Assembly: GCA_965153285.1 (NCBI GenBank)
Contig: OZ229115.1
Source of the DNA: Podarcis tiliguerta
Lineage: Eukaryota
Direction: 5' to 3' (one strand)
DNA: 64,000 nt
Shown piece after piece: positions 35,973 through 48,800 of this stretch; the first letter of the stretch is position 1; each line of letters begins with the position of its first letter. Both the position numbers and the translations under genes were made by a program. Below the pieces are notes generated by a model, which saw only the letters and a list, made by a program, of their open reading frames with translations, had not been told where the DNA came from and searched no databases.

Positions 35973-38609
35973 GTTTTTATTGTAGGGTGAATAACTTGGT
36001 TCTTTCTACAATTGGGGTTACATTTATTGGGATCTCCGTCTAACTGCTCAATTTTACAAAACAAAAAAGCCCACTGAATTGAACACTCCTCAGCATTTTG
36101 GGGTTCATCTCTGTGCAACATTTAGTCTGTGACAGAGGGGAAAAGATAATCCCATTTGGGGGAAAATCTCTAGTTTTGCCATATCCCTAATTATTGTAAA
36201 TCATCATAATTATGCACATAAACAGGTTGATTTACATTAATTGTGCATTCTACTTAAGCGGCAGTCAGCATCTTCCTGACAGATTGCTAAAGCTGGCCAC
36301 TTCAATTGCTTGAGATCTGTCACCCTTAGTTAAGCTGGCTATTATTCTTCCAACATCCACATACCAAAAAAATTTGATAATTCTCTATGATTCATCAAAG
36401 AAAAACATAGCTGTTATACTGGAAGCCCAGAAACCCCCAGTGCCATTTAAAAAAATCTACAAGAATTTCCTTTTCTGATTGCCAAGTTCTGCGCCAGGAA
36501 AGCCAGGAAGTTGTCCATCCTTAGTCAACAATGAACAAACTCTTGTTTCCCTAACATCCTCTCCCTTCCTTCCAAATAGCCATTCAATGGGCTTTTCAGG
36601 GTTGCTGCAGTCTATGATTTGCCATCTTGGCCTGATACTGTGGCTTTGGGTGCCCTGGTTTTGCCAAGTCATCATCTGGAGGGAACACTTGGTCTATTTT
36701 GCAACAACCTTATTTTTTCTCCTCCTTACTGTTCTCCTAAGTGTTGCTAGCTTTTGCTTCAGAATATTCCATGCTGAGTTGGAGCCAACCCTGGATAAAG
36801 CCAGGGATGACTGTGTTTAGTGTGTGGCCTCGCTCTTCAGTTTCAAAATACATGATCCAGAAAACCTAAGGAACGAGAATCCAGTGCTCTGGTTTCCCAA
36901 TGTTTGGCAAAGAGTACAGGCTCTGCCTTTTTTCACTGAATATGTAGAACTTGATGCCTTTGTGCAAACCAAGCAATGTCGGCCAAAAAAGTGGAATGGT
37001 AGGTAACCATCGTTTAAATTCAGCTGACTGGCCTGCACTGGTGAACACAGATATTTGGCTCATGGATTCTTCAAATATTTAATGGCCACAGAGACTGGAA
37101 GATTTTATGCAATCCAAGCATAAGCTATTAAAGATGGATTTATGAGTGTGATATCACCTTCTGAAATTCTTTTGACACAGCACTTGCTAACAGAGTATTT
37201 TTATTTGTTTGTATTTGTGTTCATATTACTTTGAGTTTTCTTGAGTATTATTCCATGCTTTTGTTACTTGTTAATTACTAAGCTTTCCAGAGAAGCTTCA
37301 TGAGTAAAGTTTTGTCATCAACACAGAAATCTCAATCTAGACCAGACTTTGACCAGCTGCTCTGAACTTATCATTGAGAACTGCTATCAAATTTAAGAGT
37401 AGTTATTATTTATATCCTTCTCAACTTGACCTGGAATACATATTATTGTTGCACCAAGAAATATGCAGGGGGCAGGGGAAGGCTTCACATGACAAATTAT
37501 TCCCATTCTGGCCATAATATAGAGAACTGCTTATTGCACAAATCTCTCCCCACAAGCATCTCCATACTTTTGTCATCAGCGGTCAATGAATTGGGGCAGG
37601 GGCAGAAAGACTAATAATGTGGTCCATGTGGTAAATATTTAAATGTGTTATGGCAGGATCCCTTGACAAAGGGAGATGGGTTTAACAGTTTGGCAATTTT
37701 TATTTATGCTTCATCCCTGCATATCTCCTTAAAAACTGTGAGAGTGACTTGAGAGACTGTATCCCCAAGTATCTCAGGCTATGCACACACTCCTATTTAC
37801 TTGATATTAATTGTTGTTGTTGTTAATACCAAGCCCATCTGACTGGGTTGCCCCAGCCACTTTGGACAGCTTCCAACAAATGTACTCCCACCGCTGGCTT
37901 TGGAAATGGTGTATATACACACTAGCTAGTCCATTTCTATCCTGCATCTATCCTGTTGTTTCTAATGAAACACTGTGTTTTGATGTGTTTCCCCCACAAA
38001 CCAGCTTTGATTTGAATTGAGGAAAAATAATGACCTAGGTGTGTTTTAAGCAGGTAATGAGTCAACAGGCTGAGTTTCCAATGAAATACTTTTCTTTGTG
38101 ACCATTAAATTCTCTGGAATTGCCATGCTTCGCCAACATAGAAGGGCATTGTTGACAGTGGCAGGGTGTGTGTGTGTGTGGATATATCAAACTATCTGAA
38201 TAAGTATTTGATTGCATAGCAAATGTTATTAGGTCCAGAAGATGCTGCCAGTTGGCTTTATTCAGTACAAAGGTGGTTAGTTTTGTCCTAGAAAGGTGGT
38301 TAGTTCTGTCCTCTCTGTCCTACAGCTATTCATATGTTTAGTGCTCTAGTATTCAAGGTCTGTTCAGTCTTCTAAACCTGTCCTCTTCATTTTCAAGAAA
38401 TACTTTGTCTAAGGAAGCAGGCTAATGCATGTGAAAGCTAGTGCCACAGTAAAGCAATTCATTACATTGCATATGAAAGGTAGTGCCACAGGACAACTAT
38501 TTGTTTCTTAGAAGTGATTGTCCTCTAAGGCAGGCAAATCCTTTTGCTGCTACAATGGTTACTGTTCTGGAATTTGCCCCATAATCAGTGGGCCCCTCCT
38601 TAGTGGTAG

Positions 38610-39190
38610 AAATGAACAATGGGAGAGAAATAAAGAGTAATGTGTTAAGGATCTGTGCTGAGGACTGGTGCTATTTAACATTTATAAATGATCTGGAGCT
38701 GGGGAAACAGTCAAGTTTGCAGATGGTGAAAATCCAAGTAGACTGCGATCTACTTCAAAAGGATCTCTCCAATTTGGATAATGGGCAACAAAATGGCAAA
38801 TAATGACAAGTTTCACTGTAATGTAGTGTATGCACATGGGGGAGCAACTTAAAATACAGTATAGGCTGATGGGATCAGAACAGGATGCGACTACTCAGGA
38901 AAAAGACCTTGGGACATAGTCAATGAAAACATCAACTCATTGGGCAGCAATTGTTAAAAAGGCAACTTTTGTGTTAGAGATGCTTAGGGAAAGGGTTGAG
39001 AATAAAATGCTTAGTATCATGCCATTTCAGAAAACTATAATATAATAACATAAGATTCTTTTCTGCTTTTGTTTCAAGAGATAGGTAACATGACTATATC
39101 TCTGGAAATTTAGAATCTTGTGTGCAGTACTGCACTGTGCAGAGATGGTTACTCTAACTAAAAAACAATTGTATTAGTGCTGAAAAGGTG
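38610..39190 (+). mobile_element. Degraded CR1 reverse-transcriptase fragment
   Basis: Remnants of GSVLGP-LF--FINDLE, KFAD, LQKDLS-L--W, EKDLG and CVQY with many indels. Confidence 0.75.
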
Positions 39191-39953
39191 CTTCATTAAA
39201 ACTGTTGTAAGCAGCCACGTATAAGCAATGGAAAGCAGTGTTCCAAACATAAATGCAAATAAGTCATGTTTATTTCATCACACTTGCTTCTGAATGAACT
39301 AGCTTAGAATAAACTATGCCATGCTTCTTAGACTGTGTATTATTCTGTATCCAGTGGAATCCCACTACTGGTTTGCAAGCAATGCACACATGACATTAGC
39401 CACACTCCATGTCTATCCTGTGTTCATCTTGTTTCTTATGAAATACTGGCTATGTGCACACTAGCAGCTTCAAGCACAGCAAGGTAATTTCCATCTGATG
39501 TGTTGCAAGTTACACATTTGCACATTGCTGCACACACCACAGAGGAGCAAAGGTGTCTCTGCCCGGTATGCCTTACCTGTTTAATTTCCCTGCACCTGCA
39601 AGCAAAAAAACACCACCACCCACCCTACAAACTCCTGTTCATCTCTGCACACACAATGACTGTCTCAAATGTTCACACTTCAGGTTAACTGCAGTGATTA
39701 TGGATTATGTTTTCAAATTGGATAGAATCTGGTTTGAAGGGAAACACATCAAACTGCATTTGTCAAGAAACTACAGGATATGGGCTATAGGTAGCATAAC
39801 ATATACATGACTTCAATACTAGCAGTGGGGGCTAGTGCAATGTGTACACATCCACTGTATTTTGATGCATTCCCCCCCCCCAAACCAGCTTCAATCTGAA
39901 TTGAGAAAATGAAAGACTTGTGTTTTAATCTAGTAATGAGTATATAGCCATAG

Positions 39954-40756
39954 TAAGGTTACCAGATTTTTTTCAATGAATCCGGGGACACTCTAAATAA
40001 ATAAATACTACACGTTTGGGACATTGATGCTGCAGCGATGGCGGTGGCAGAGGGGCGGCTGCCACCTTGACCCTAACCGCCATGTTTCCCCTTCTTCCGA
40101 GGCTTCTATCTCCTTTCTCCATGAGCCTGGGCAGCCCCTGAGTTGTTGGTTCTTTGGTGGTGGGGGTGAAGTAGTGCGCGGTGGATCAGGCATGGAAGGC
40201 TTGAGGAGGGCCGAGAGCAGCGGCGGTGAGGCTCAGGCAGCGCGATGCCTCCCTTCCCATCGGAGCAGCCCCAATCCCATTCCTACTTGCATGCAAGCAG
40301 GAGGGGGTGAGGATCCCTCAGCTGGGAAGGGAGGCTTCCCGTTGCCTAACTGAGAGATCCCTGCCCCCTCATCCTTGCACACAAGATCTGATAGGCAGCG
40401 TGAAGCCTACTTTCACAGCTGAGATATCCCTGCCCCGCTCCTGCTTGCATGCAAGTAGGAGTTGGGAGGCTGCTCCGATAGGCAGCATGATGCCTCCCTT
40501 CACAGCTTAGTTGCTGGGGTCAGGGAAGGTAGAGGTAGCCCGGAAGCTGCATCTTAGAGCCCCTGCACCACCATCATATGGGGACTTCCAAGCAGCTCCT
40601 GAAGCCAGCCAGAGCCAACTGCTACGGGCTGCTGAGACTGCCCTGCTGCGTTTCCCAGGGACATTAGATGAAATCCGGGGACATTCCACGGATGGAATTT
40701 GTCCGGAGACTTATTCGCAAATCCGGGGACTGTCCCAGGGACATCTGGTAACCCTA
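39954..40756. mobile_element. Non-autonomous hAT DNA transposon, ~800 bp
   Basis: TIRs TAAGGTTACCAGAT / ATCTGGTAACCCTA (1 mismatch). Perfect 8-bp TSD AGCCATAG at 39946-39953 and 40757-40764. Subterminal AATCCGGGGAC repeats. Confidence 0.92.
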
Positions 40757-41349
40757 AGCCATAGTCCACTTACTTGGACACCACATATAACCAGTGCTGG
40801 ATTACCCAATAGGCAGACCCATTTTGTGCGCAGGGAACCAGCAAAGCAGGAGTGCAAATTTGTGTGTGTGTGTGTGTGCACCTGCATGAGGAAATCAGAT
40901 CCTGTCATATGCTGCAATAAATTTGGGATTTTTAAACTTTCATTTCATTTCATTTTGTATTACATATGGGGGGCGGGCACTGTAATATTTTCAGTGCTTG
41001 GGGCCCCTAAAGGTCATAATTTGGCCCTACATATCTCTGAAAACAAGATCCCCTTCCCTGCATAGATTCTGCTTTTTGTTTCCCTAAACCAGCAAATTGG
41101 CTACATTGCTGATATAGATGCCAGAGGCTATCACAGTATTTTCTGCTGTTGTTTTTGCTTTTTGCAGCTGCAAACATTTAGCCATTGCACCACTACCAAT
41201 TTACAGCCTCTTTTTTTTCTCACAGCCTTGAAAAGAGGCAAAACAGCAGCTGCAGAATGCAATGGGAGTATTGCAAGATAGCATGGCAATGCGGAGCCTT
41301 TATCAGCTCCATTGAGAGATCTGGGATTCCACAGGGACGTAATCCTATT

Positions 41350-43020
41350 CGTGGGAACCCCGTCTTTGGAACCAACAGCGGGCGGCGGGGCTATTGCAGC
41401 CAGAGCCGTCCTCAAGGCCCTTCCTTGGAAACGGATGTTGCGCCTTGCCATTCTGCAGGACGGCGCTTCCTCCATTCATATGGCAAAGCGATGCGCAACA
41501 ATGCCTGGCGGCATTCCTCTCCCTGCCAAGCGCGCACTGCGTGATCCCTAGGAATAGAATATGCCCCTGGCTTGTCAGGAGGAAGCCGGAGCGTGAGGAG
41601 CAAGAGGTCATGAAATGACAATGGAGAAGTGGGGGGGGGGGGTTTGCAGATCTGAAAGCCTCTGCTGCAAAGAACATTCTGGTAGGGGGAAAAGAAAGTT
41701 TGCAGGGGTGGAGTGGCAAGGAGGTCTCTCCTCCCCTATGATGGCAGCTGCCTCGCGTGGCCTGGAGGGAGGCATCAGTCAGCCTAGCAGACCAGACCTC
41801 CTCCTTCCACCTTCCCGAGGAGGAGGAGGATCCGGGCCCCGGCTCCGCCTCTCCGCAGCTCTCGCCGCCGCACATTCATTCGCCTCTCTGCAGCCGGGAG
41901 CCTGGAGGAGCCTAGCCAGGGGGAGGGGAGGCTGCTTTGCTGGGCTCGGTGCTGCTGCTGGGTGATCCAGCCTGCTCCCGGGCTGCGAGCGCGAGAGAGA
42001 CCTCCCCTCCCTCCCTCCGAGCTCCCCGCCTTGCAGCGGCCAGATTCCCCCACCGGCACTTCGGATCCCCTCCGTTCCTCCCATCCCCGGATCCGGACAC
42101 ATGGAACTGCTGTGCGTGGAGGGGGTGATCCGGGCCAAGCGGGATCCGCAGCTGCTAAGGGACCGCCGGGTCCTGCAGAACCTCCTGAGTCAGGAAGAGC
42201 GCTACAGCCCCCGGGTCTCCTATTTCCAGTGCGTGCAGAAGGAGATCCAGCCCTACATGCGGAAGATGTTGGCTTTTTGGATGTTGGAGGTCTGTGCCGG
42301 GATCCCGTTGCCCCCCCTCCCCCTCATGCCCTCCGTCCTCCCTTCCGCTCGCGGGATCAGATCCCGGCTCGCACGACACCCTTTCCCTTACTTCCCATTA
42401 AGGCCGGGTTTACTCTGGAGTAAGGCTCTCTGGGTTGCCCTGGGCGAGGACGTCTAGGATCACAGCCCGATCCTGGGGGTGCTTACTCTGGAGTAAATCT
42501 CGTGCAGTTCAATGGAACTGGCGTCCCTAGGTGAAGTGCGCGTTGGATTGAGGCCTTGCGATCGGCTGGATCCGGCGGGAGAGCCGGGGTGGGGGATTCA
42601 ACCTCTTCTGAAAACCGGGTGGGGGGACGTTTTGGAGCAGTAGGTGAGGGGGATCGAAGACGTATTATAACCGGAACCGATGAGTCTTAAAAACAGGCGG
42701 GTACGTGGGCCAGCTTGCCTGGGTTGGAGAGAGGCCGGTGGGTCGTGATGAGCGTGGATGGGAATGACTGAAGCAGAGCTCCAAGAGGCCTGTGTGTCCC
42801 CCTCCGGTTCTGTCTTTCGGTGCAGGGGCAGTTCAAAAGCACCCTGGCATGCACCTTTCCTCCGCAGTGTGCAACGTGACCTCTAGGGGTCGCCAGTCGC
42901 TCGCCCGGTTCGTGCGCAAGATCATGGGGTTGATTAATCTCCCCGCAGTTAAAATCTACAAATTGACAAAACGAGGGTCAGGATGAAGAGGCAGCGGCAA
43001 GGGAGGCTGCGAGTACAGGG
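41350..43020 (+). promoter_or_regulatory. CpG island / proximal promoter of CCND3, spanning exon 1
   Basis: Abrupt rise in GC and CpG density against CpG-poor flanks. GC-box-like GGGCGG/CCCCGCC motifs and no evident TATA box. TSS cannot be fixed from sequence; boundaries are approximate. Confidence 0.85.
42101..42289 (+). CDS. CCND3: Cyclin D3 coding exon 1 (63 codons)
   Basis: Translates MELLCVE...[23 protein letters not shown]: N-terminal LxCxE Rb-binding motif and start of the cyclin box. Ends GAG|GT at 42289/42290, phase 0, inside a CpG island. Confidence 0.97.
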
Positions 43021-44801
43021 TGACACAAATACTAAGATCATCTCCACCTGGGGGGGGGGGGGAGGGAGCTATTTTAAACTTATTGCATCAAAAGTAAAAG
43101 TTGGGTAAAGGTTTGCTCCGCATGTCAGGCAAATAAATGTTGTGGGTTAGTATCAGAAATGGAACTGGGGTAGGTTCGCTGCCTTAATTCAGGTTGCACT
43201 GCTTTGCAGCAGGCAGAAGTTCAACAGGCAAAGCTTTCCCAGACTTGGAAATGGAGAGAGCAGCACGTGTTGAAGAGCCTATGGGAGACAGGGCTGTTAT
43301 GCTTCTTTAAGAGACAAGTGCTGTGTGGATGCACATATTCCCCCCCCCACACCTTCTCCCTGCAAACGATTGCTCTTGAAAAGTATTCAGAATAAATTGT
43401 CATTTGTCCTGTGTGTCAGGAAGTTAATAAATTCAGGCTTGTAAAAAGTAGCTTTCCCAATTGCCTGTGGCAGGTAAGAGTGGCCTCCATAGAAAGTAAT
43501 TGATTCCCCAAAGTACACTTTTTGGCTGTCCTTCTAGGCAGGTAGACTAATAAAGAGTTTTTGGTTTTTGAAGTATGACATTTTGTTGGTTTATTTGTAG
43601 GGCTGGGCTATTGTTTTTTTAATTTCATATTTAAAACGGATGACTGAGGTTAATATCAAAATCTTAGAAAGTTCCTCCTTTATTGCACCCATTTTACAGA
43701 AGTGTAAATTGCTTCAGTGTCACTTAAAGAAAAATGATGAAGCAAAAATGGCAGCAAATCCATACAAAAAGTGCCTCACTTTTTGGATATAGGAAAACTG
43801 CCAGCAAAGAAAAATGGGCTTCTGCAAAAGGAGAAACCTCAGTGTTTCATTTACTAAGCTGACTTAATTCAGTGTGGGCAGCGCCTTGGTAACAGTCTAG
43901 CCAGTGGTCGGAATAAGGGACTGGAAGTCAGAAGTTTTTTTGGTTTGCATTTGAGGAGAAAGGTCTTAGTTAATACAGTGCTGTCTTCATCTGATGGCTT
44001 CCTTTGGGCAAGCACCAGTCAAATCAATGGCACAAGTCTTAAGAGGTTGAAGGCTGGGCTCATATTGTTTTGCAGCCAGAGGAATTTGGGATAAGATGGG
44101 TCTGAATGGTTGGGCTCTTACTCATTGTGTGTGAGATGCTACCAGCATTTTCAAACCCCAATTCCTCACTCTATATTCAAAATCTGAAACATTTGGACTT
44201 CTGTACTCCGTACATGAAACTTGAATATATGGAATCTGAGGGTGCTCATTGCCTCTGCTAGGTAAATGCTCCAGGGATTGTTCTGTTGTTGTTTTTATTA
44301 ATGTTGTTAGTTCCCTTGACTTTGTTTGGTGGAAAGGTTGGGTTATGATTAATAAAAAGGGAGGCTTACTAAGTTGGTTTGTTAATATGCCTATTTTACA
44401 GAGCAGTAAATTGCCTCACTGTCTCTTCAAGAAAAATAAAGAGGTAAAATATAAATCAATAAATCAGAGTGCTACAACAGCATGGTTTAAGTAGTTAATA
44501 TCATAAAATCACCATATGACATGGATATTTTTTGTTAGAAAATGCTACAAATCCTTCTCTAAAGAACTGAAAATTACAGTACCTGAGTGTCTTGTATCAA
44601 CTTTTATGTGTTTTTACAGGTTCCTATGGAGAAGGGAACTATTCCCATTTTACAGAAAATATAGTATGGCTCAGTGAAGTCACTAAGTTTGTCTTGCTTT
44701 CTCTTTGCACCTTGATAGCAACTATATTTGAAACCTTCATACAGAGGCTACAGTGGATGGCTGTTTCATTTATAAACCCTCTTTTTTGTTGTTTTTGTCA
44801 G

Positions 44802-45017
44802 GTTTGTGAGGAGCAGAAGTGCGAAGAAGAGGTTTTCCCCTTGGCCATGAATTACGTGGATCGTTACCTGTCCTGTGTCCCCACCCGCAAAAACCACTTG
44901 CAGCTTCTTGGGGCTGTGTGTATGCTCCTGGCCTCCAAGCTGCGAGAAACCATGCCTTTAACAGTGGAGAAACTCTGCATTTACACAGACAATTCCATCA
45001 CCCCGCGTGAAGTTTTG
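44802..45017 (+). CDS. CCND3: Cyclin D3 coding exon 2 (216 nt)
   Basis: Polypyrimidine tract + CAG acceptor at 44799-44801. Encodes [24 protein letters not shown]...[40 protein letters not shown]. Donor TTG|GTAAGC. 216 nt is the D-cyclin exon 2 size. Confidence 0.98.
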
Positions 45018-45785
45018 GTAAGCTGTTTCTTCCTCTTCAGTTACAAGATTCCTTCTCCCTGTTTCCACAGGCCTACTTTCGCTGCCACTGAATCATGGAT
45101 TGGCGCTCTAGTTGCTGTTTTCCATGCATCCTATATGTTTCCTTTCTCTTGCTACACCCAAGTAGACATGATGCTTTCCCATGCCTGTGGGAACCACCAT
45201 TTTTCTATTCTTGATTACGTCCCCATCGTAATAACTCAGCTGTTGATTATTTTGTATGCGCAGTTCACCTGAGATTTCACTCATCCCATTTAACCAGGTT
45301 TGTTCCCAATGCACAATTTATATTGGAAAGAAGCCTGTGCCCCTCTCATATTCTCTTGCAATGAGCAAGGAATCGTGCAGGATGCAGTGTTTGAAGAGGA
45401 CACACTAGCTAACCAATTCTATTTGGGACAGAACACGCTACTCTGAATCCAGTAACTGTTTGCACTGTCCCTTTGATGTTGGCTGCCCTGGAATGTTTGG
45501 GACAAACACTGAATTTTGCAGAGGTAGCAAAATCTGATTTACCAAACTGAACGGTCATTGTTGAAGTGCAGACATTATAGCAGCATCGCCATTGCCAGTA
45601 GCAGGTCTAGTTGTGAATCAGTAGCATGATGAACAGGTATAAATGTATCCTATGGAAAATGGTACTTCTTCAGTAGAGCTTCCATAAGTATGTGTTCTCA
45701 AGGTATGGCCATATTCTCTGGCGATGATCTGATGGCAAATAGTTTCTCTATTGACAGGTAAGTCATCAGTTGTTAGACTAAGGCT

Positions 45786-45872
45786 AGAGTTCTGTACCTA
45801 CTTACCTGGATGTAAGCACCATTCAACTCAATGGGTCATACTTCTGAGAAGACATGCATGGGATTCTGCTGT
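45786..45872. repeat. ~90-bp palindromic repeat family (AATCCT...CTTAC...GTAAG...AGGATTG)
   Basis: CTTACCTGGATGTAAGCACCATTCAACTCAATGGGTCATACTTCTGAG...GCATGGGATT. Relatives at ~46131-46222, 42461-42557, 19337-19405, 33140-33215 and 54260-54330. Confidence 0.55.
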
Positions 45873-48800
45873 GAGCGCTAATCTAAATTTTTAGCCAATG
45901 ACGGGTGCACTGGTTAATAACCTGACAGTTCTTTCAAACTGCGGACTTCATATTAATGCAATGCATGTTCTGAAAATGTTAAAAAAGGAGTCCAAAGATT
46001 CTCTGCTGCTGAGTTTTCACTGGGTCTTCTGACTGAACCTTTTTGGATTGAATGTGGCGCTGGACTTCTAGAGACCAAAAGCTTCTATTGGGAGGCACGT
46101 TAAATTCAAGCATGAGTTGCAGTGTTACTTACAGCCCTATCTTATGCATGTTTGCTAAGAGGTAAGTCCTGCTGTGTACAGAAGGCCTTCTTCCCTAATA
46201 ATTGCATTTAGGATTGAGAGCCTAATTAGGGGTGAAAGATTGGCTGGTTTGTCAGGGCAATGAAGAGCTCTTAGCATTTAGAACAAATCCCCTTGGGAAA
46301 GGAAAGTTGTTTCTTCTCTTTGAGGGACTTCTGCAGGACTGTACTTCTTTAGGAGACTGCAATCCGTTGACATCAGCAGGATGGATTGATCTAAATCAGG
46401 GACATTTAAACCACCAAAGCAAAGGGACTGAACAACTGATTTAAACCAAATTTCTAACTTCCTAATTCATATATTTCCTGAACATATAAACATTCTACTT
46501 GGTTGCTTTTAAGCATTAAAACACAATCAGTTTGCCACTAAATAGGGCTTCTATACATAATACAGCATCTCAAGTCTTGCTTTTATAATCTTTAGGACAG
46601 CATTTTTCTGTTTAGCTTTATAAACATGTAAACAAAATCATTCACATAATACAAAATCTCTGGTATCCCATTTTCCACTACAGAATTTATTTTAGGTATG
46701 ATTTCTGTTTTGCTGTCCTTATGCACATGTAAGGAACCTAAGCAAAATTGTTTACTTGAAGACTACATAACCAGGATTTTGCTTAAGCAAGGGCTGGAAA
46801 TTATGCTTGAAAGGCTGGGGGTAAATATTCACAATTTGCACAATAATAAATATAATGCATGGCCCATTGGGTCATGCTTAAACTTTTGATTTCCAAAGTA
46901 GTGTTTTGTTCTTCTGTCATTCTTAATAGAGAAGTAGGTTAACAATATTCTTGATAAAGTGTGGTGGATTTACTTTTAAAAGATGATGAATGTAGCCTTT
47001 TAATGTGCTTGTTTGTATTACATTCAGATACCATTTTATATTGTGTGTGTTTTAGATGATACTTAATGTAACTGAAATCCAGGCAGAACAATCCTAAGCC
47101 TAAGTTGGAAATGTGGGGGGCCACCACATCCAAAGCTCTGCTGCTTCTGCTGACCAGGGCAAAAGGAGGCTGGTTGTATTTCATTTTTTGCTGTACCATC
47201 TCTAGATTGGCACAGTTGAGGGCCCCATGCCAGGCCCCTTTCATGAGAATGGAATTGCTTAGGATCCAGCCCTATCCCACCCCTGTAACGCTCAGTTTCA
47301 GGACCCTACCCTGGCTACCCCTAGCAGAGTAGCATTCAGTCTGCCATGTTTTGTGCAGCTATATCCCAACCCACAGAGTGTGGGGCTAGGCTTATGCAGT
47401 TAATTTTTTGTAATCTGATTTAAATATTTTAAAATCTGGCTTTATATATACAGCCACTTTTTGACTGCAGTGCATGTCACTCAGTGTGCCAGGTGTTCTT
47501 TCAGAAAGGTTGCCTATAGAGGCAAACATTGGTAATCACCCCCTGGTTGGAATTTTCTGAAAGGAGGCTGAGATGATGTGTGAATGACCTTGTCTGACAA
47601 ATTAGAATGTGTGGGTAGAGAAGAACAGAGATATGATGTCAGAGCAGTTAGGATTTTTCTTAATGCAGATGCAAGCAGGGGAATCCCCATGGCTTCCATG
47701 GGCCTTCCTTTTTAGTACAGGCTAGTTGCAGGTTTGCTTGTACAGAAAGCATTGCTGGGTTTTAATAGGCCGGGGCTAGTCATTGTAGTGCCCTCCAGAT
47801 GTTTTGCCCCAGCCAGAAGGCTGATGAACAGGGATGATGAGTGTTGTAGTACAGAACATCTGGAGGGCACCATGCTGGCTACCGCTGTACTACGTGTTCA
47901 CGGGGGTGCGGAGGTTCTGCCCAGTTAGTGTTCAAAAGTTTCTCTAGCAAGGTATCTAGGTCTGCTGTGAATTTAAATTTCATACTTGTCTGTACCTTTG
48001 GTCCTAATCTTGTAGGATGGGCCATGCAAGCAGTTCCTGTTCACTCATGAATGCCTCTAATTCATCTTGATATCTGACTGAATAATAATAATAATAATAA
48101 ATATGCCACCCATCTGGCTGGGTTGCCCCAGCTACTCTGGGCTGTTAATGCTCCTTTGAACCTGTAAAGATGGGGGATGTTGTAGAAGCAACAGATAGCT
48201 GAGTACAACCATTGCTACTAAGACAAACATTCTGCTCATTGGGTACTATAGAGCAAGAAAATAGTTGTAAGAAGAATGAGAAGGTTCCTCTTGACTCAGC
48301 TTCCTCCCACTTCAGTTAGGAGTCCAGACTAGGCAGTGTTCTTAGGCCAAGTGTGTTGATCAGATATAAAGAAGCAGCTTTCAATGTTTTGAGGCTGGCC
48401 ACCTTTGCCCATTGGAAAACTATGCATTGTGGCCGTATTTCTGGTTGTGAGCTACAGCTGCCTGTCTCCAGGAGTAAGAAGAAAAGGTGGGTTTCTCTAT
48501 TTAAAGGCATCACACATGCTAGGAAGCGGATCTTTAACACAAGATGAACCCAGAGTCGCTGTACATTGCCTAGTGCAGAAACAAAATAGAAGATTTCTGT
48601 TATTAGAAGCCAGTGGGTGAACAACCAGGAGACCAGGTTGCGATGGTAATTTGTCCCTTGATCCCAGACCTGCACTTGAAACACTGGTCTTCAGGAAGGG
48701 ACTCTCAGGTGACTGAGGGGCAGTGGCTCCCTTGGGTAACGCTAGGGTGGCATCTGCCCCTGGGACTGAGAGTGTTAATGCTTCACTTACACAACCGCAG

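Noticed and set aside
40024-41065. ORFs of 109 and 184 aa as a possible transposase
   Set aside because: No hAT domain motifs; they lie in or run out of a short non-autonomous element.
41131-42423. Many overlapping 100-176 aa ORFs on both strands around the promoter
   Set aside because: Expected in GC-rich CpG-island DNA; low-complexity translations, mostly non-ATG starts, no recognisable domains.
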